From the human T2T-CHM13v2.0 reference genome, Homo sapiens, in NCBI RefSeq assembly GCF_009914755.1, contig NC_060925.1: a stretch of 64,000 nt of DNA, one strand, 5' to 3'. Shown one piece after another: positions 41,542 to 56,093 of the stretch. The position numbers and the translations under genes were made by a program. The stretch's first letter is position 1. Each line of letters begins with the position of its first letter. A model generated the notes under the pieces. It worked only from the letters and a program-made list of their open reading frames with translations, searched no databases and was not told the DNA's origin.

Positions 41542-42579
41542 CATGAAGATGAGAAAGAGCCACATGAATGAAAAAATGCAGAAAACCCAAAATGCCAGAA
41601 CGCTTCTTCTCCTCCAAATGATCACAACATCTCTCCATCAAGGGTGCAGAACTGGATGGAGGATGAGATGGACAAATTGACAGAAGTAGGCTTCAGAAGA
41701 TGGGTAATAAAAAACTATGATGAGCTAAAGGAACATGTTCTAACCCAATGTAAAGAAGCTAAGATCATTGACAAAAGGTTAGAGGAATTGCTAACTAGAA
41801 TAACCAGTTTAGAGAGGAATATAAATGACCTAATGGAGCTGAAAAACACAGCATGAAAACTTCATGAAGCATACACAAGTATCAACAGCCAAATCGACCA
41901 AACAGAAGAAAGGATATCAGAGTTTGAAGACTACATTACTGAAATAAGACATGCAGACAAGAATAGGGAAAAAAAAGAATGAAAATGAATGAACAAAGCC
42001 TCCAAGAAATATAGGACTTCATAAAAGACCAAACCTATGATTGATTGGAGTACCAGAAGGAGACAGGGAGAATGGAAAAAAGCTGGAAAACACACTTCAG
42101 GATATTATCCAGGAGAACTTCTCCAACCTAGCAAGACAGGCCAACATGCAAATTCAGGAAATATAGAGAACACCAGTAAGGTATCCACAAGAAGATCAAC
42201 CCCAAGACACATGATTATCGGATTCTCCAAGGTCTAAATGAAGGAAAAACTGTTAAGGGCAGCCAGAGAGAAAGGCCAGGTCACCTACAAAGGAAAGCCC
42301 ATCAGGCTAAGAGGAGGCCTCTCAGCAGAAACTCTACAAGCCAGAAGAGATTGGGGGCCAATATTGAACATTCTTAAAGAAAAGAATTTTCAACCCAGAA
42401 TTTCACATCAAGCCAAACTAAGCTTCATAAGTGAAGGAGAAATAAAATCCTTTCCAGACAAGCAAATGCTAAGGGATTTCATTACCACCAGGCCTGTCCT
42501 GCAAGAACTCCTGAAAGAAGCACTAACTATGGAAAGGGAAAACCAGTACCAGCCATTGCAGAAACACACCAAAATATAA
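41542..42579 (+). pseudogene. L1 ORF1p, frameshifted
   Basis: Fragments LTEVGFRRWVI, RITSLERNINDLMELKNTA, KEKLLRAAREKGQVTYKGKPIRL...YQPLQKHTKI. Confidence 0.9.
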
Positions 42580-42642
42580 AGACCAATGACACTACAAAGA
42601 AACTGCATCAACTAGTGTGCAAAATACCCAAATAGCCTCATA

Positions 42643-45600
42643 ATGACAGGATCAAATTCACACAATACTAACTTTAAATTTAAATGGGATATATGCCCCA
42701 ATTAAAGGACAGATAGGCAAATTGGATAAGGAGTCAAGACCCATTGGTGTGCTGTATTCAGGAGACCCATCTTACATGCAAAGACGCACATAGGCTCAAA
42801 ATAAGAGATGGAGGAAAATTTACCAAGCAGATGGAAACAAAAAAAAAAAAAAAATCAGGGGTTGCAGTCCTGGTCTCTGACAAAACAGACTTTAAACAAA
42901 TGAAGATCAAAAAGACAAAAAAGCACATTACCAAATGGTAAAGGAAACAATTCAACCAGAAGAGCTAATTATTTTGAATATATATACACCCAGTACAGGA
43001 GCACCCAGATTCATAAAACAAGTTCTTAGAGACTGACAAAGAGACTTAGACTCCCACACAATAATAGTGGGAGGCTTTAAACCCCCACTGTCAGTATCAA
43101 TGACACAGAAAATTAACAAGGATATTAGGACTTGAATTCAGCTCTAGATCAAGTGGTCCTAGTAGATGTCTACAGAACTCTCTACCCCAAATCAATAGAA
43201 TAATCATTCTTCTCAGTGCCACATGGCACTTATTCTAAAATTGACCACATAATTGGAAGTAAAACACTTCTCAGCAAATGGGAAAGAACTGAAATTATAA
43301 CAAACAGTCTCTCAGACCACAGTACAATCAAATTAGAACTCAGGATTAAGAAATTCACTCAAAACCACACAATTTCACAGAAATGGAACAACCTATTCCC
43401 GAATGACTCCTGGGTAAACAATAAAATTAAGGCAGAAATGAAGAAGTTCTTTGAAACCAATGAGAACAAAGAAAACATATCAGAATCTCTGGGACACAGC
43501 TAAAGCAGTGTTTAGAGGGAAATTTATGGCACTAAAGGCCCACATCAGAAAGCTAGAAAGATCTCAAATTCACACCCTAACATTACAATTAAAAGAGCTA
43601 GAGAAGCAAGAGAAAACGAATCCAAAAGCTGGAAGAGAAGAAATAACTAAGAGCAGGGAAGAATTGAAGGAGATAAAGACATGAGAAACCCTGCAAAAAA
43701 ATCAAAGAATTCAGGAGGTGTTTTTTTGAAAAAATTAAAATAGATAGACCACTTGCTAGACTAATGAAGAAGGGAGAGAAGAATCAAATAGACACAATAA
43801 AAATGATACAAGGGATATCACCACTGACCCCAGAGAAATAAGAACTACCATCAGAGAATAATATAAACACCTCTATGCAAATAAACTGGAAAATCTAGAA
43901 GAAATGGATAAATTCCTGGACACACACACCCTTCTAAGACTGAACTAGGAAGAAGTTGAATCCCTGAATATACCAATAACAAGCTCTGAAATTGAGGCAG
44001 TAATTAATAGCCTACCAATCAAAAAAAGCCCAGGACCAGACAGATTCACAGCTGAATACTACCAGAAATACAAAGAGGAGCTGGTACCATTCCTTCTGAA
44101 ACTAATCCAAACAACTGAAAAGGAGGGACTCCTCCCTAACACATTTCATGAAGCCAGCATCATTGTGATACCAACACCTGGCAGAGACACAACAAAAAAA
44201 GAAAACTTCAGGATAATATCCTTGATGAATATCAATGCAAAAATCCTCAATAAAATACTGGCAAACTGAACCCAGCAGCACAAAAAAACTTATCCACCAT
44301 GATCAAGTCGTCTTCATCCCTGGGATGCAAGGCTGATTCGACATATACAAATCAATAAATGTAATCCATCACATAAACAGAACCAATGACAAATTCCACA
44401 TGATTATCTCAATAGGTGCGGAAAAGGCCTTTGATAAAATTCAACACCCATTCACGTTAAAAACTCTCAATAATCTAGGTATTGATGGAACATACCTCAA
44501 AATAATAACAGCCATTTGTAACAAACCCATAGCCAATAAAATATTGAATGGGCAAGAGCTGCAGGCATTCCCTTTGAAATCCGGTGCAAGACAAGGATGC
44601 CCTCTTTCACCACCCCTATTCAACATAGTATTCAAAGTTCTGGCCAGGGCAATTAGGCAAGAGAAAGAAATAAAGGGCATTTGAATAGGAAGAGAGGAAG
44701 TCAGATTGTCTCTGTTGGCAGATGACATGATTCTATATTTAGAAATCCCCATCATCTCAGCCCCAAAACTCCTTAAGCTGATAAGCAACTTCAACAAAGT
44801 CTCAGGATACAAAACCAATGTGCAAAAATCAAAAGCATTGCTTTACACCAACAATAGGCAAGCAGAGAGCAAAATCATGAATGAACTCCTATTCAGAATT
44901 GTTACAGAGAATAAAATACCTAGGAATACAGGTAACAAGGGGTGTGAAGGCCTCTTCAAGAACTACAAAACACTGCTCAAGGAAATAAGAGAGGACACAA
45001 ACAAATGGAAAAACATTCCATCCTCATTGATAAAAAGAATCAATATCATGAAAATGGCCATACTGCTCAAAGTAATTTACAGGTTCAATGCTATTCCAAT
45101 CGAACTACCACTGACATTCTTCATGGAATTAGAAAACACTATTTTAAATTTCATATGGAATCAAAGAAGAACCCTGTATAGCCAAGAGAAGTATAAGCAA
45201 AAAGAACAAAGCTGGAGGCATCATGCTACCTGACTTCAAACTATATTACAAGGCTACAGTAACCAAAACAGCGTGGTACTTGTACCAAAACACATAGACA
45301 AATGCGGCAGAACAGAGACTTCAGAAATAACACCACATATCTACAACCATCTGATCTTTGACAAACCTGACAAAAACAAGCAATGGGGAAAGGATCTCCT
45401 ATTCAATAAATAGTACTGGGAAAACTGGCAAACCATATGCAGAAAACTGAAACCGGACCCCTTCCTTACACCTTACACAAAAATTAACTCAAGATGGATT
45501 AAAGACTTAAGTGTAAAAACCAAAACGATAAAAACCCTAGAAGAAAACCTAGACAATACCATTCAGGGAATAGGCATAGACAAAGACTTCATGACTAAAA

Positions 45601-46427
45601 CACCAAAAGCAATTGCAACAAAAGCCAAAATTAACAAATGGGACCTAATTAAACTAAAGAGCTTCTGCACAGCAAAGGAAACTATCATCAGAGTGAACGG
45701 GCCATCTAAAGAATGGGAGAAAAATTTTGCAATCTACCCATCTGACAAAGGTCTAATATCCAGAATTTACAAGGAACTTAAACATATTTACAAGAAAAAA
45801 AAACCATCAAAAATGGGCAAAAGACATGAACAGACAATTCTCAAATGAAGACATTTACATGGCCAAAAACATATGAAAAAAAGCTTAACATCACTGATCA
45901 TTAGAGAAATGCAAATCAAAACCACAATGAGATACCATCTCATGCCAGTCAGAATGATGATTATTGAAAACTCAGGAAACAATAGATGCTGGCAAGGCTG
46001 TGGAGAAATAGGAACGCTTTTACACTATTGGTAGGAATGTAAATTCATTCAACTATTTTGGAAGACAGTATGGGGATTCCTCAAGGATCTAGAACTAGAA
46101 ATACCATTTGATCCAGCAATCCCATTACTGGGTATATATCCAAAGGAATATAAATCATTCTTCTATAAAGACACATGCACATGTATGTTTACTGCAGCAC
46201 TATTTACAATGGCAAAGACATGGAACAAACCCAAATGCCCATCAATGATAGACTGGATAAAGAAAATGTGATACATATAGAGCATTAAATACTATGCAGC
46301 CATAAAAAGGAATGAGATCATGTCCTTTGCAGGGACATGGATGAAGCTGGAAGCCATCATCCTCAGCAAACTAACACAGGAACAAAAAACCAAACACCAC
46401 ATGTTCTCACTCTTAAGTAGGATTTGA
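42643..46427 (+). pseudogene. L1 ORF2p (endonuclease/reverse transcriptase), disrupted
   Basis: [29 protein letters not shown] and [11 protein letters not shown] motifs spread over several frames. Confidence 0.92.
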
Positions 46428-46777
46428 ACATTGAGAACACATGGATACAGAGAGGGGAATAACACACACCAGGGCCTGTTGGGGGCTGGGGGGTGAGGGG
46501 AGGGAACTTAGAAGATGGGTCAATAGGTGAAGCAAACCACCATGGCACACATATACCTATGGAACAAATCTGCATGTTCTGCACATGTATCACATTTTTT
46601 TAGAATAAATTAAAAAAAAAAGAAAGAAAAGTCACCTCTTGGGTACAATGTACACCATTTAGTTGATGGTTACACTAAAAGTCCAGACTTCACCACTATG
46701 CAATATATCTATGGAACCAAATTGCACTTGTACCCCCTAATTCTATAAAAATAAAAAATACTAAAAATTTAAAAGAT

Positions 46778-47029
46778 ACTTTTCCTAGGATAGTCATGAT
46801 GATTACATCATACAAAATTGTTCTTAGTATTTGGAATGAAAGGTATGGTAATTAGTTCTAGTCAACCTAGCCAGAAAAGTCACTTGAATTTCAGTGGAAT
46901 GACATTTCCTGATATTGTTATGTGCTAGGTGCAAAAATATGGCCAAGGACAAAGTTCTGGTAAGCAGACTGAGTGGAGATTCTGAGTATGAGGTCTTTGG
47001 TCCGGCTTTGGGTCCTCTGCTGACTCACA
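46778..47029 (+). repeat. Permuted local duplicate (B then A) of 49533-49855
   Basis: 46778-46970 matches 49664-49855 (~92% by hand count); 46970-47029 matches 49533-49592 (3 mismatches). Confidence 0.92.
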
Positions 47030-47064
47030 GATTGGTGCCCATAAACAAACAAAACTTTGTTCTT

Positions 47065-47182
47065 AGTCACACTAGCTACATTCTGAGTGTTCAGCAGACA
47101 CATATCTAGTGACTTTCATACTGGATGGTGCAGATAAAAAGCATTTCCTTCATCACAGAAGGCTCTATTCAACAGTGCTGGT
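47065..47182. mobile_element. MER3-like DNA transposon fragment
   Basis: CACTAGCTACATT...CATCACAGAAGGCTCTATTCAACAGTGCTG. Confidence 0.55.
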
Positions 47183-48774
47183 CTAGCCCTATGGGAGTGA
47201 GCTTGGCATCTCCTTAAATGAGATGAAGGCTTGGAAGGCCCAAATAGTGGGGAGACTGGTGACTATTCATTAGGATAAATTTAGGACATAGTCAAGTGTC
47301 AATCAGAGATAACAAATGCCTCTAATTAAATATGTGACTGGTGGATGAAACAAGCATATTTATGCCTGTAGCAGAGAGTTGGAGACAAGGGGACTAATAG
47401 TCGTTACTTTAATAACAATGCTATCTTCCTCTACAGTGAAAAAATGTTTGCTATTTATTTAGCTTTATAGATACAAAGTGCTATGAAAATAAGTCAGTGG
47501 GCTATCGTGACTTCTGGACTGATTATCCCCTCAAAAATCATATTAGCACACTTGAATTTCGCTCTCTATGAAGGAAGAGTTTGTAAATCAAAAGTAAACC
47601 TCAGGGCCTGTTGAAACAAATTTCTAATCAATGAAAAGTCCTGGGATGCCTGCAAAAGTGCTTTCAGAAATATTGAATATTATCTAAATCATGATCAGGG
47701 CCAATGGCTGCCTGTGTGGCTGAAAGTTTCCCTATAGGACTCACAGAATATTTCCATACCTCCAATCCAACAGAATTTGGTTTCTTAAACATTGCTCCAG
47801 AAGAATCCCACAGATAACAAGCATCATTTGTGACATTAGCTTCCTCTCTGATGATTATGATGAGGTCAAATGTCCTATGTTAGTCTGGAGCCATGGGTAT
47901 TGTCTATTTGTTTATTTTTCATGTATGAATGTGTGCCTAAATCTAAGTGTGATATCAACTTCCTTAAGATTTTTTTGCATATCTAAATCTGCACATGTTC
48001 CTATACACAAAAACATGATCATACTGTAGCACATTGAGGAGAAAAACAGCACAGTTTTACTACTATTCATGTGGACATAGGCAAGTCGCTTAATTTTTCA
48101 GAACACTGTTTAACTGTACTCTAAAATGCATGAGTGAACTAAATGTCTACAATCCAATCTCATTAACTTCCATTATTTTTAACTTCTATATAAAGAAAAA
48201 ACAAATAGAAAAATATATTAACATTCTACCTAAGATTTTATTGTCCCGTTTAAACATTTAGTTTTAAACAAGCATATTTGATTTATTAGAGCCCGTAAAC
48301 AAATGAAACTTTGTTCAAATTTCCCCCAAGTACTCTTGAATTGCTACAAGTATTCATGAACTCAAAAGAACCCGTGGGTATAAGGGCAAACTATTACACC
48401 ATTGAATGACAGAGCTGATGGACTGATCTTGTTAGCTAGACAATCCAGGATGACATTTGCTGTAATCCAGGATTTGACCAAACTAAATGTGTATCTTTGC
48501 CCTACACATTGGAAAATGGCTGTTTACATTATAATCCTGTGTGAGGCCACATCCATCTAACTTTGAGTCATCTTAATCTTTCAAATATCTTTCTTTAGTC
48601 AAGTAAGTACCATAAGTAACCATATGATCCTCAGAGCAAATACTTAGGCCTTGTCAATTATCCCTTAACATATCCATAAGAAAAGAATGTTCAGTCAGGA
48701 GGCAGGGCTGTAGTGTGGAAATAAAGTCATACTAGGAACAGAAAAACTAAATTTGAGCCCCGGTTTCCATTCAA

Positions 48775-49140
48775 TCTAACATTTATTGAGTAACCAGTAT
48801 GTGCAAAAATGTTGGGTTAGATTCTGGAGATACAATGGCAAATAAGACAAAAATAGCTTACTAATTCATTGGGGGAGATAAGCACTAAACATGTAATTGC
48901 AGATATAAGCATTTCCAAGAGGGATATGAAAGATACTATGGGGGCATAGATGAAGGGACTTTTACTTACTGAGAGTTAAGTGAAGATGAGAAAGTTAAGT
49001 GACAGTTATCCAGGGAAAGGTAAAGGAAAAGTAATCCAAACAGTAGGAAACACGTGTGGTGAAGTTTTAGTGGCAAAAGAGAACATCACACATGAGGAAT
49101 TAAAGGAAGTTCAGATGAGTTAGATCATAGAGAACAGGAG
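48775..49140 (-). mobile_element. L2 remnant
   Basis: ACATTTATTGAGTAACCAGTATGTGC...CTGGAGATACAATGG. Confidence 0.6.
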
Positions 49141-51434
49141 GAAAATATCCTGAGACAAAGAAGAGGAGGTACACAGGAGCAGAATATGGAAGACCCTGAG
49201 ATAACATCAAACAGCTATGATCTTGGGAAGACCTCCTTGGGCCATCATAGTACAGGATACTGGAGTGGGTGAACTGTAAGAACCCTTCCAATTCTGAGGT
49301 TGAAAGAATGTATGACATTCAATTATTCCATGTTCCAGAAGCCCACAATTTAAATTTGGGGGTTGAGAGAAATGTAGCTAGAGGTACACTATAGGGTATA
49401 GTTTAGGGTAAAGTATAGCCTGATGTCTCAAGCAATTTTTCCCTATTCCATGAATTTTAGGGATGTCTCTGTGTGTTGTCATGGAAACAAAGCACAAGGA
49501 TTCCAAATTTTCCTGCTGTGTGATATAGCCATTGAGTGGAGGTTCTGAGTACGAGGTCTTTGGTCCTGCTTTGGGTCCTCTGCTGACTCACACCAAACCT
49601 GGGATGTTTATTACTCTCTAACTTATCACCTCCTTTCAAAACTATCATGGAGATACTGAAAACACTTTTCCTAGGATAGTCATGATGATTACATCATACA
49701 AAATGTTCTTAGTATTTGGAATGAAAGGTATGGTAATTAATTCCGGTTAGCCCAGCCAGGAAAGTCACCTGAATTTCCGTGGAATGACATTTCCTGATAT
49801 TGTTAGGTGCTAGGTGCAAAAATTTGGCCCAGGACAAAGTTCCGGTAGGCAGATTCACAGCTGGTAAGCAACTGTTGCTAAGACTGCATGCCTTGTGAAA
49901 CAGAAAATGTTTTTCTTGTTCTGCGATGTTTCAAACACCCTGACAGTGTTGGGGCCATAAAGATGCTCAAGAAATATTGATAGAATATGAAAATGAATCA
50001 AAGTGTCTATTGGTATGGTTTAGGTTTACTCAACCCACCTAGACAGACATGCAGCAGGAACCCATGTAAATCATAAAGGATATGAACACACATTTCCAGA
50101 ACTGGTCCAGCCTCCTTTCTATTTATGCATTCTGACTTGCTTTGTGTAACTCTGGACTTCCTTGGTTTTGCTACCTTAGTCTGGCTTTGTTATTGAATGT
50201 CACATTTCCTATAACCCCCCCACCCCCAGCTCTTGACAATTTATTTTAGGCTCACTATTCCAGCTAACCAGCATCTCACTTTGTACCAAGTGCTAATATT
50301 TAATCATTTAAATAACAGACATCATGACAGAAACTTTTAATTCTCCTAGTCATACAGAACAAGCCATTTGTGAATACAAGGGTCACATGTCACTTGAAAG
50401 CCCTTTTTTTGCATAATGGCAGAAGGTGTTTCCTTTAACTTCAAGTCACTTAACCTAGGGCTTTCCCTTGGAGAAACACAGAATAAGTCTGTTCCTTTAA
50501 CATGACAGTCATTTAAATAGTGAAGATTAGGGATTACTTTCTATCTCAAGCTCTTTCCTAGAAATTCTTTCAACTACCATGTAGGGTACAGTTTTGAAAT
50601 AATCTACCTTCCTGATAAATTTAGTATATAAACCAAAAACTACATGATAAAAAAAGCACCATAACTGAAGTCAAAAGAGAAAAGCCAAGAGAAAATATTT
50701 GCAACATATATCAGAGATAAAAGCTAATATCCCTAATATGTAAATGTCTCATAAAAATTAAGAGGAGAGACTAGAATCCTGATATAAAGGTAGGCAAGGC
50801 ATGAATAGGCAACTCACAAAAACATACAAAATGACCCTCACACATATGAAAAAATGTTCACTCATTAGATTTTATGCAAATTAATTTAATACTAATTATA
50901 TTACACTGACATACCTTTTCTCATTTATCAGAAAGGTGAAAACTACAACAAAAGGCATTTCGTTGGTGATGCCATGTGGAAATGACTCCCTCTTACATTG
51001 ATGGTGGGAATATAAATTAGTACAATTCTTTTGGAGGAGAATTTGGCAATACATAATTTAAAATATATATATGCAGTTACCTCTTGGCCCAGCAAAATAG
51101 TCGAAGCAATTGTGAGAAGTAGTTTTAAGAATTTACCCTAAAAATATAACCTCAGCAATATGAAAATACACATGTACAATATTACTTATGGCAGCATTGT
51201 TTGTAATTGTTCAGTATTTGAAATAACTTAAAGAATAAAATATAGCAAAGTGATGAATAAACTATGGTACATCCACACAGTGCAATACTATACAGCTGTA
51301 AAAAGAATGAGTTATCTATGAACTGATAAAGAGTAATTGTTAGCATAGAATGTTAGTTGAATAGAAGCAACCTACACAAAAGTGCCAGTAGTAAGCTACT
51401 TTGAGTATAAGAAAGGAGGAATAAGAAAATACAC

Positions 51435-51827
<393 letters not shown>

Positions 51828-52076
51828 CTAATAAGAGTGTTTACCTACAGACTGTGGGTAGAAACCAGGTGAAAAAGAAGGGGAATGGAGTATAAGGGAC
51901 TGGGGGAGTGACACTTCTCTAGTAAAAAAATAAATAAATAAATATATATATATATGACTTTTAGAACTATGGTAATTTCTCACAGACTTGGAGTAAATAT
52001 AATAATTAACAAAGTGGGGAAGGAGACCTCAAATAGGATATAACAGAAAAGAATGAGCCACACTCCATTACAAATA

Positions 52077-52300
52077 CAGTCATGTGTCACCTAACAATGG
52101 GGATATGCTCTGAGAAATGGTAATGTTGTCTTTGCATGAACATCATAGAGTGTACTTACACACACCCAGATGGTATAGCCTACCGAACATATATAAACAC
52201 AGGAAAGACACACTAAGAATATGGTATTATAACCTTATGGGATCACTGATGTGTATGTGGTTCATTGTTGACTGAAATATCATATTGTGGTGTGTGACTG
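52077..52300. mobile_element. Tigger3-like TcMar internal-deletion derivative
   Basis: TA|CAGTCATGTGTCAC...GTGGTGTGTGACTG|TA: TIRs with TA TSD. Confidence 0.8.
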
Positions 52301-53714
52301 TAATATAACCACACTGAAGGGGTGGTGCCTGTAGCTAACTAACCAATTAACTTTAAAAAACATCATTTTGACTATAAATTTTTAAGGTCAAAGACAAAAG
52401 AAAAACTGTGCACAAATATTGTACTTTAGTTAGGTTTGTTTTCCACAGGCTTACGTATCCTGAAACTACTTTGCATGTATTCTATGAATCAGCCTATGAT
52501 ATTAATAATAATAATAGGTTGGTTTTTGTTAGGGAAGGGCATTGTGAATAAGAAAAGGGGAAGGCTAGAAAAAACCTTGTCTGGAGTTATCAGTACTAGC
52601 TCAAGGTTTGAAAATGCATCTAGATAGAGAAATAGCTATAGGAATATGTGTGTGTGTATATATTCATACATGTATTTCATAGGCCTGTCTTCTGAGGACT
52701 AGGAGCAATTATACCTACATATCAGTGAATGAACCTAACACTTATTCTCTAGAAAAAAGGAATGCTTTCAATAAAATATCATTTGTCAGTAAAAGAAGCC
52801 GGGACTCCTTGAAGAAAAGGCACACTCCAGGGCTAGGACAGGGAAAGTATGAGATAAGCCTCCACCATCTTGGGGTGCCAGAGATCTAAAAGCACTCAAT
52901 GAATGATAGGGCCATATCAAAAGGACACTGGAGCTAATTGAATGAGCTCCTGGTGATCAGAAAAATTGGAGCAACAAAATGAATAATGGTGATGAATTAT
53001 TACTCATAGAATAAAAAGAATCTGTGAGTCCATGCTTATATAAATAAATAATAAATGGTAAAGAAAGAAAAACACTTTTTTTATGAGACTCCAATTAATA
53101 AATGTAGAAGGAATGCTGAAAAGAGAAGTTCACCATTCATCAAATACCTCAGTAACAGGTATTTAGGCAAGAATCATCAATAGAAACTATAATTAGACAA
53201 AATATGATGAGAAAAAAAGGTATTTACATAGTCTCAAAGTATCTTACCATAAGATACTTATTTAAAAGGGGAAATACAGTGGAAGAGCTTGGCAGACACC
53301 GTGTTGACCAACTGTCAAGGATAATGTCACCAGCAATGAGACAAGTCAACATTGTGTGCCTCCTGATATGATACACTGAGGAGGACATGATATCGCTTCT
53401 GTTGAATTCTTGAAAAAAAATGACTTTTCTGAATCCAATCATGAGGAAACATCATATAAATTGAGGAATATTGCATAATATTTTGAACAGTATTCTTGAA
53501 AAATGTTAAAGTAAAACAAGAAAGATCAAGGAACTGTTTCAGATTAAAGAAGACTAAAGAGACAAGACAACCACTAAATGCACTGTGTGATCTCAGATTG
53601 GATCCTGGATCAGGAAAATGAGATAGGATAATTGGCAACATTTGAACAAGGTCTGGTAAATACATAATAAAATCGTATCGATGTTAATTTCCTGATTTTG
53701 ATAACTGTACCATA

Positions 53715-54098
53715 TACAATAGGCTGAATTTGCATCTTCCTAAAATTCCTATGTTAAAGTCCCCCAGTACCTCAGAATGTGACTATTTGGAGATAGAGCC
53801 TTTAAAGAGGTAATTAAGATAAAGTGAGATTCTATGGGTGGGCCCCTATGCCATGTGATTGGTATGCTTATAGGAAGATATTAGGGCACAGAAAACACAG
53901 ACTAAGGGGTGACCATGTGAGGACACAGTGAGAAAGTAGCCATCTTCAAGCCAACGAGACAGGCATCAAATGAAACCAAACCTGCCAACACCTTGATCTA
54001 GGACTTCCAGCCTCCAGAACTTTGAGAAAATAAATTTCTGTTTTTTAAGCCACCCAGTCTGTGGCATTTTGTTATGGCAGCCCTAGCAGACTAATACA
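53715..54098 (+). mobile_element. MLT1A0-like LTR
   Basis: CCCAGTACCTCAGAATGTGACTATTTGGAGATAG...GCAGCCCTAGCAGACTAATACA. Confidence 0.8.
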
Positions 54099-54099
54099 A

Positions 54100-54485
54100 C
54101 ATACAATGGAATATTGTTTAGTCTTAAAAATGAAGGAAATTCTGACAACATGCTAAAATATAAACTTTGAGGACATTACATTAAGTAAAATAAACCACTT
54201 ATGACAGGCAAATGACTCCACTTACATGAGATACTTAAAGTAGTCAAACTCATAGAGCCAGAGAGTAGAATGGTGGTTTCTAGGGGCTGAGAGGAGACAA
54301 TGAGGAATTACTGTTTAATTCGTATAGAGTCTCGGTTTGAGAAGATGAAAAAATGTTCTGGAGATAGATGGTGGTGGTTGTACAACAATGTAAATATACT
54401 TAACGCCACTGAACTATTCACTAAAAAAATAGTTAAATGGTAAATTTTATATTAAGTATTTTGTCCACAATTTAAAAATAAAATT
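54100..54485 (+). mobile_element. L1MB 3' end
   Basis: GAGATAGATGGTGGTGGTTGTACAACAATG...GCCACTGAACT. Confidence 0.75.
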
Positions 54486-54489
54486 TAAG

Positions 54490-54740
54490 AAAAAACAAGG
54501 AGGAAATTTGGATACAGAGATGAAAGACACAGAGAAGACACCATGTGACAACAGAGGCAGAGACTAGAATGATGCAGTCCAGGAATGCCAAGCAAGGACT
54601 GTTAACAGCCACCAGCAGCTGGGGAGAGGCAAGAAGGGATTCTCCTTTAGAGCCCTAGGGGAACACAGCCCAGCTGACAGCTTGATTTCAGACATCTAGC
54701 CTCCAGAACTGTAAAAATAAATTTTTGTTGTTTTAAGCCA
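54490..54740 (+). mobile_element. MLT1B/C LTR fragment
   Basis: CCATGTGACAACAGAGGCAGAG...GCCTCCAGAACTG. Confidence 0.7.
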
Positions 54741-55691
54741 AGAAAAAAACGAACTCACGAGCCTTAGAGCCCCAATCTGAAGCTTCTGTGAAACATTACA
54801 CAAAGCGATATATCTAGCCAGCTTGGAATGGATTCAGGAGGGTGAAGTATCATTATTTCACGTGGATTAAGTGCTTGAAATGTGCAGGTCTGAAGTGTCT
54901 GTAAATGTACCTGCCCAAACAACAGCCAAGTCTCATTCTTTTCCTTGGGGGAAGCTACTTGTCTTCGTAAATCACTGTCTAAGTGGGGCATCACCAGGAA
55001 GAAAGAGTGAAGCAGATAAACTTTATCTCCTGTGATCCTAAGCCCAGTTTGCTCACTCTCACTTTCCACCAGAGCAGCAATGGTGGTGGGAAAATTGTGA
55101 AGGAGTTAAGAGACTTGTTTTTATTTTTTGTGTTTATTTATTCATTTATTTTTTCACAGATAGTCAACCATTGAGTACTTTTTGCATAATCCAAGGAATA
55201 TGTAAATTTGTTTAGTTGACAAATATTTGAGTGCTGGCCATGTGTAAAATGCTGGTATATGCACTGGAGATATGGTAGTGAACAAGACAATGTCCCTGTG
55301 GCTACCATGAAAATGCACCTCTCAGATCTCCTATTTCAGGGAATGTCACTGACACCCCCAGCTGTTGTGTTCTGAAATCTGTCACAACATTCCTGCCAAG
55401 GCTACACTTCCCATAATCTGCTTCCAGCTGTTAACTGAACATGGCTGAGGTACTAGGATAGGCCAGGTCCTGAAAGACGTAGGCTTCCTATAATGAATGA
55501 CTTTGGCTTAGGGACTCCTTGGCCTTCCAGAAACTTTCTTAAAATTATACTGCAATCCATGGTCTGTCTTTCTTACTTTCCCTCCTTCACAAGAGTCAGA
55601 ACTCCAGTATAGTCTAACCTGTTTTCCAGCTTTCTCTGGTTTCTTCCCCATATTCCCTTACTGGTGTTTCCCCCAGTATGTCTATTGTGTC

Positions 55692-56093
55692 TTGTATTAG
55701 GCCATTTTTGTGTTGATATAAAGAAATACCTGAGGCTGGGTAATTTATAAAGAGAAGATTTTTAATTGGCCCAAGGTTTTGTAGGCTTTATAGGCATGGC
55801 TCTAGCATCTTTTCTTCAGTGAGGGCCTCAAGAAGCTTACAATCATGGGAGAAGGTAAAAAGGGAGCAGGCATCTCACATGGTGAGAGCAGGAGCAAGAG
55901 AAGTGGGGAGGTGCTACACACTTTTAAACAACCAGGTCTCATGAGAACTCACTCACTATCATGAAGACAGCACCAAGACATTCATGAGGGATCCACAGCC
56001 ACACCCAAACATCTCCCACCAGGCCCTACCTCCAACATTGGAGATTACATTTCAACATGTGATTTGGAGGTAACAGACATCTAAACTATATCA
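55692..56093 (-). mobile_element. MSTA-like MaLR LTR
   Basis: TGTATTAGGCCATT...AAAGAAATACCTGAGGCTGGGTAATTTATAAAG...AAACTATATCA. Confidence 0.85.

Larger units (their letters stand above)
40244..46625 (+). mobile_element. Full-length, inactive L1PA (about PA10-12)
   Basis: GGCCAAGATGG 5' start, ~1.3-kb 5'UTR, ORF1, ORF2, G-rich 3'UTR, A tail; degenerate TSD GAAAAATTACCTACTGG/GAAAAGTCACCTCTTGG (13/17). Confidence 0.93.

Noticed and set aside
44706-45233. 175-aa ORF with an ADD reverse-transcriptase motif
   Set aside because: Fragment of a frameshifted L1 ORF2, not an intact or novel RT
46915-47109. Shared peptide VSQQRTQSRTKDL in ORFs at 46918 and 49457
   Set aside because: Reflects the DNA duplication only; the ORFs otherwise differ
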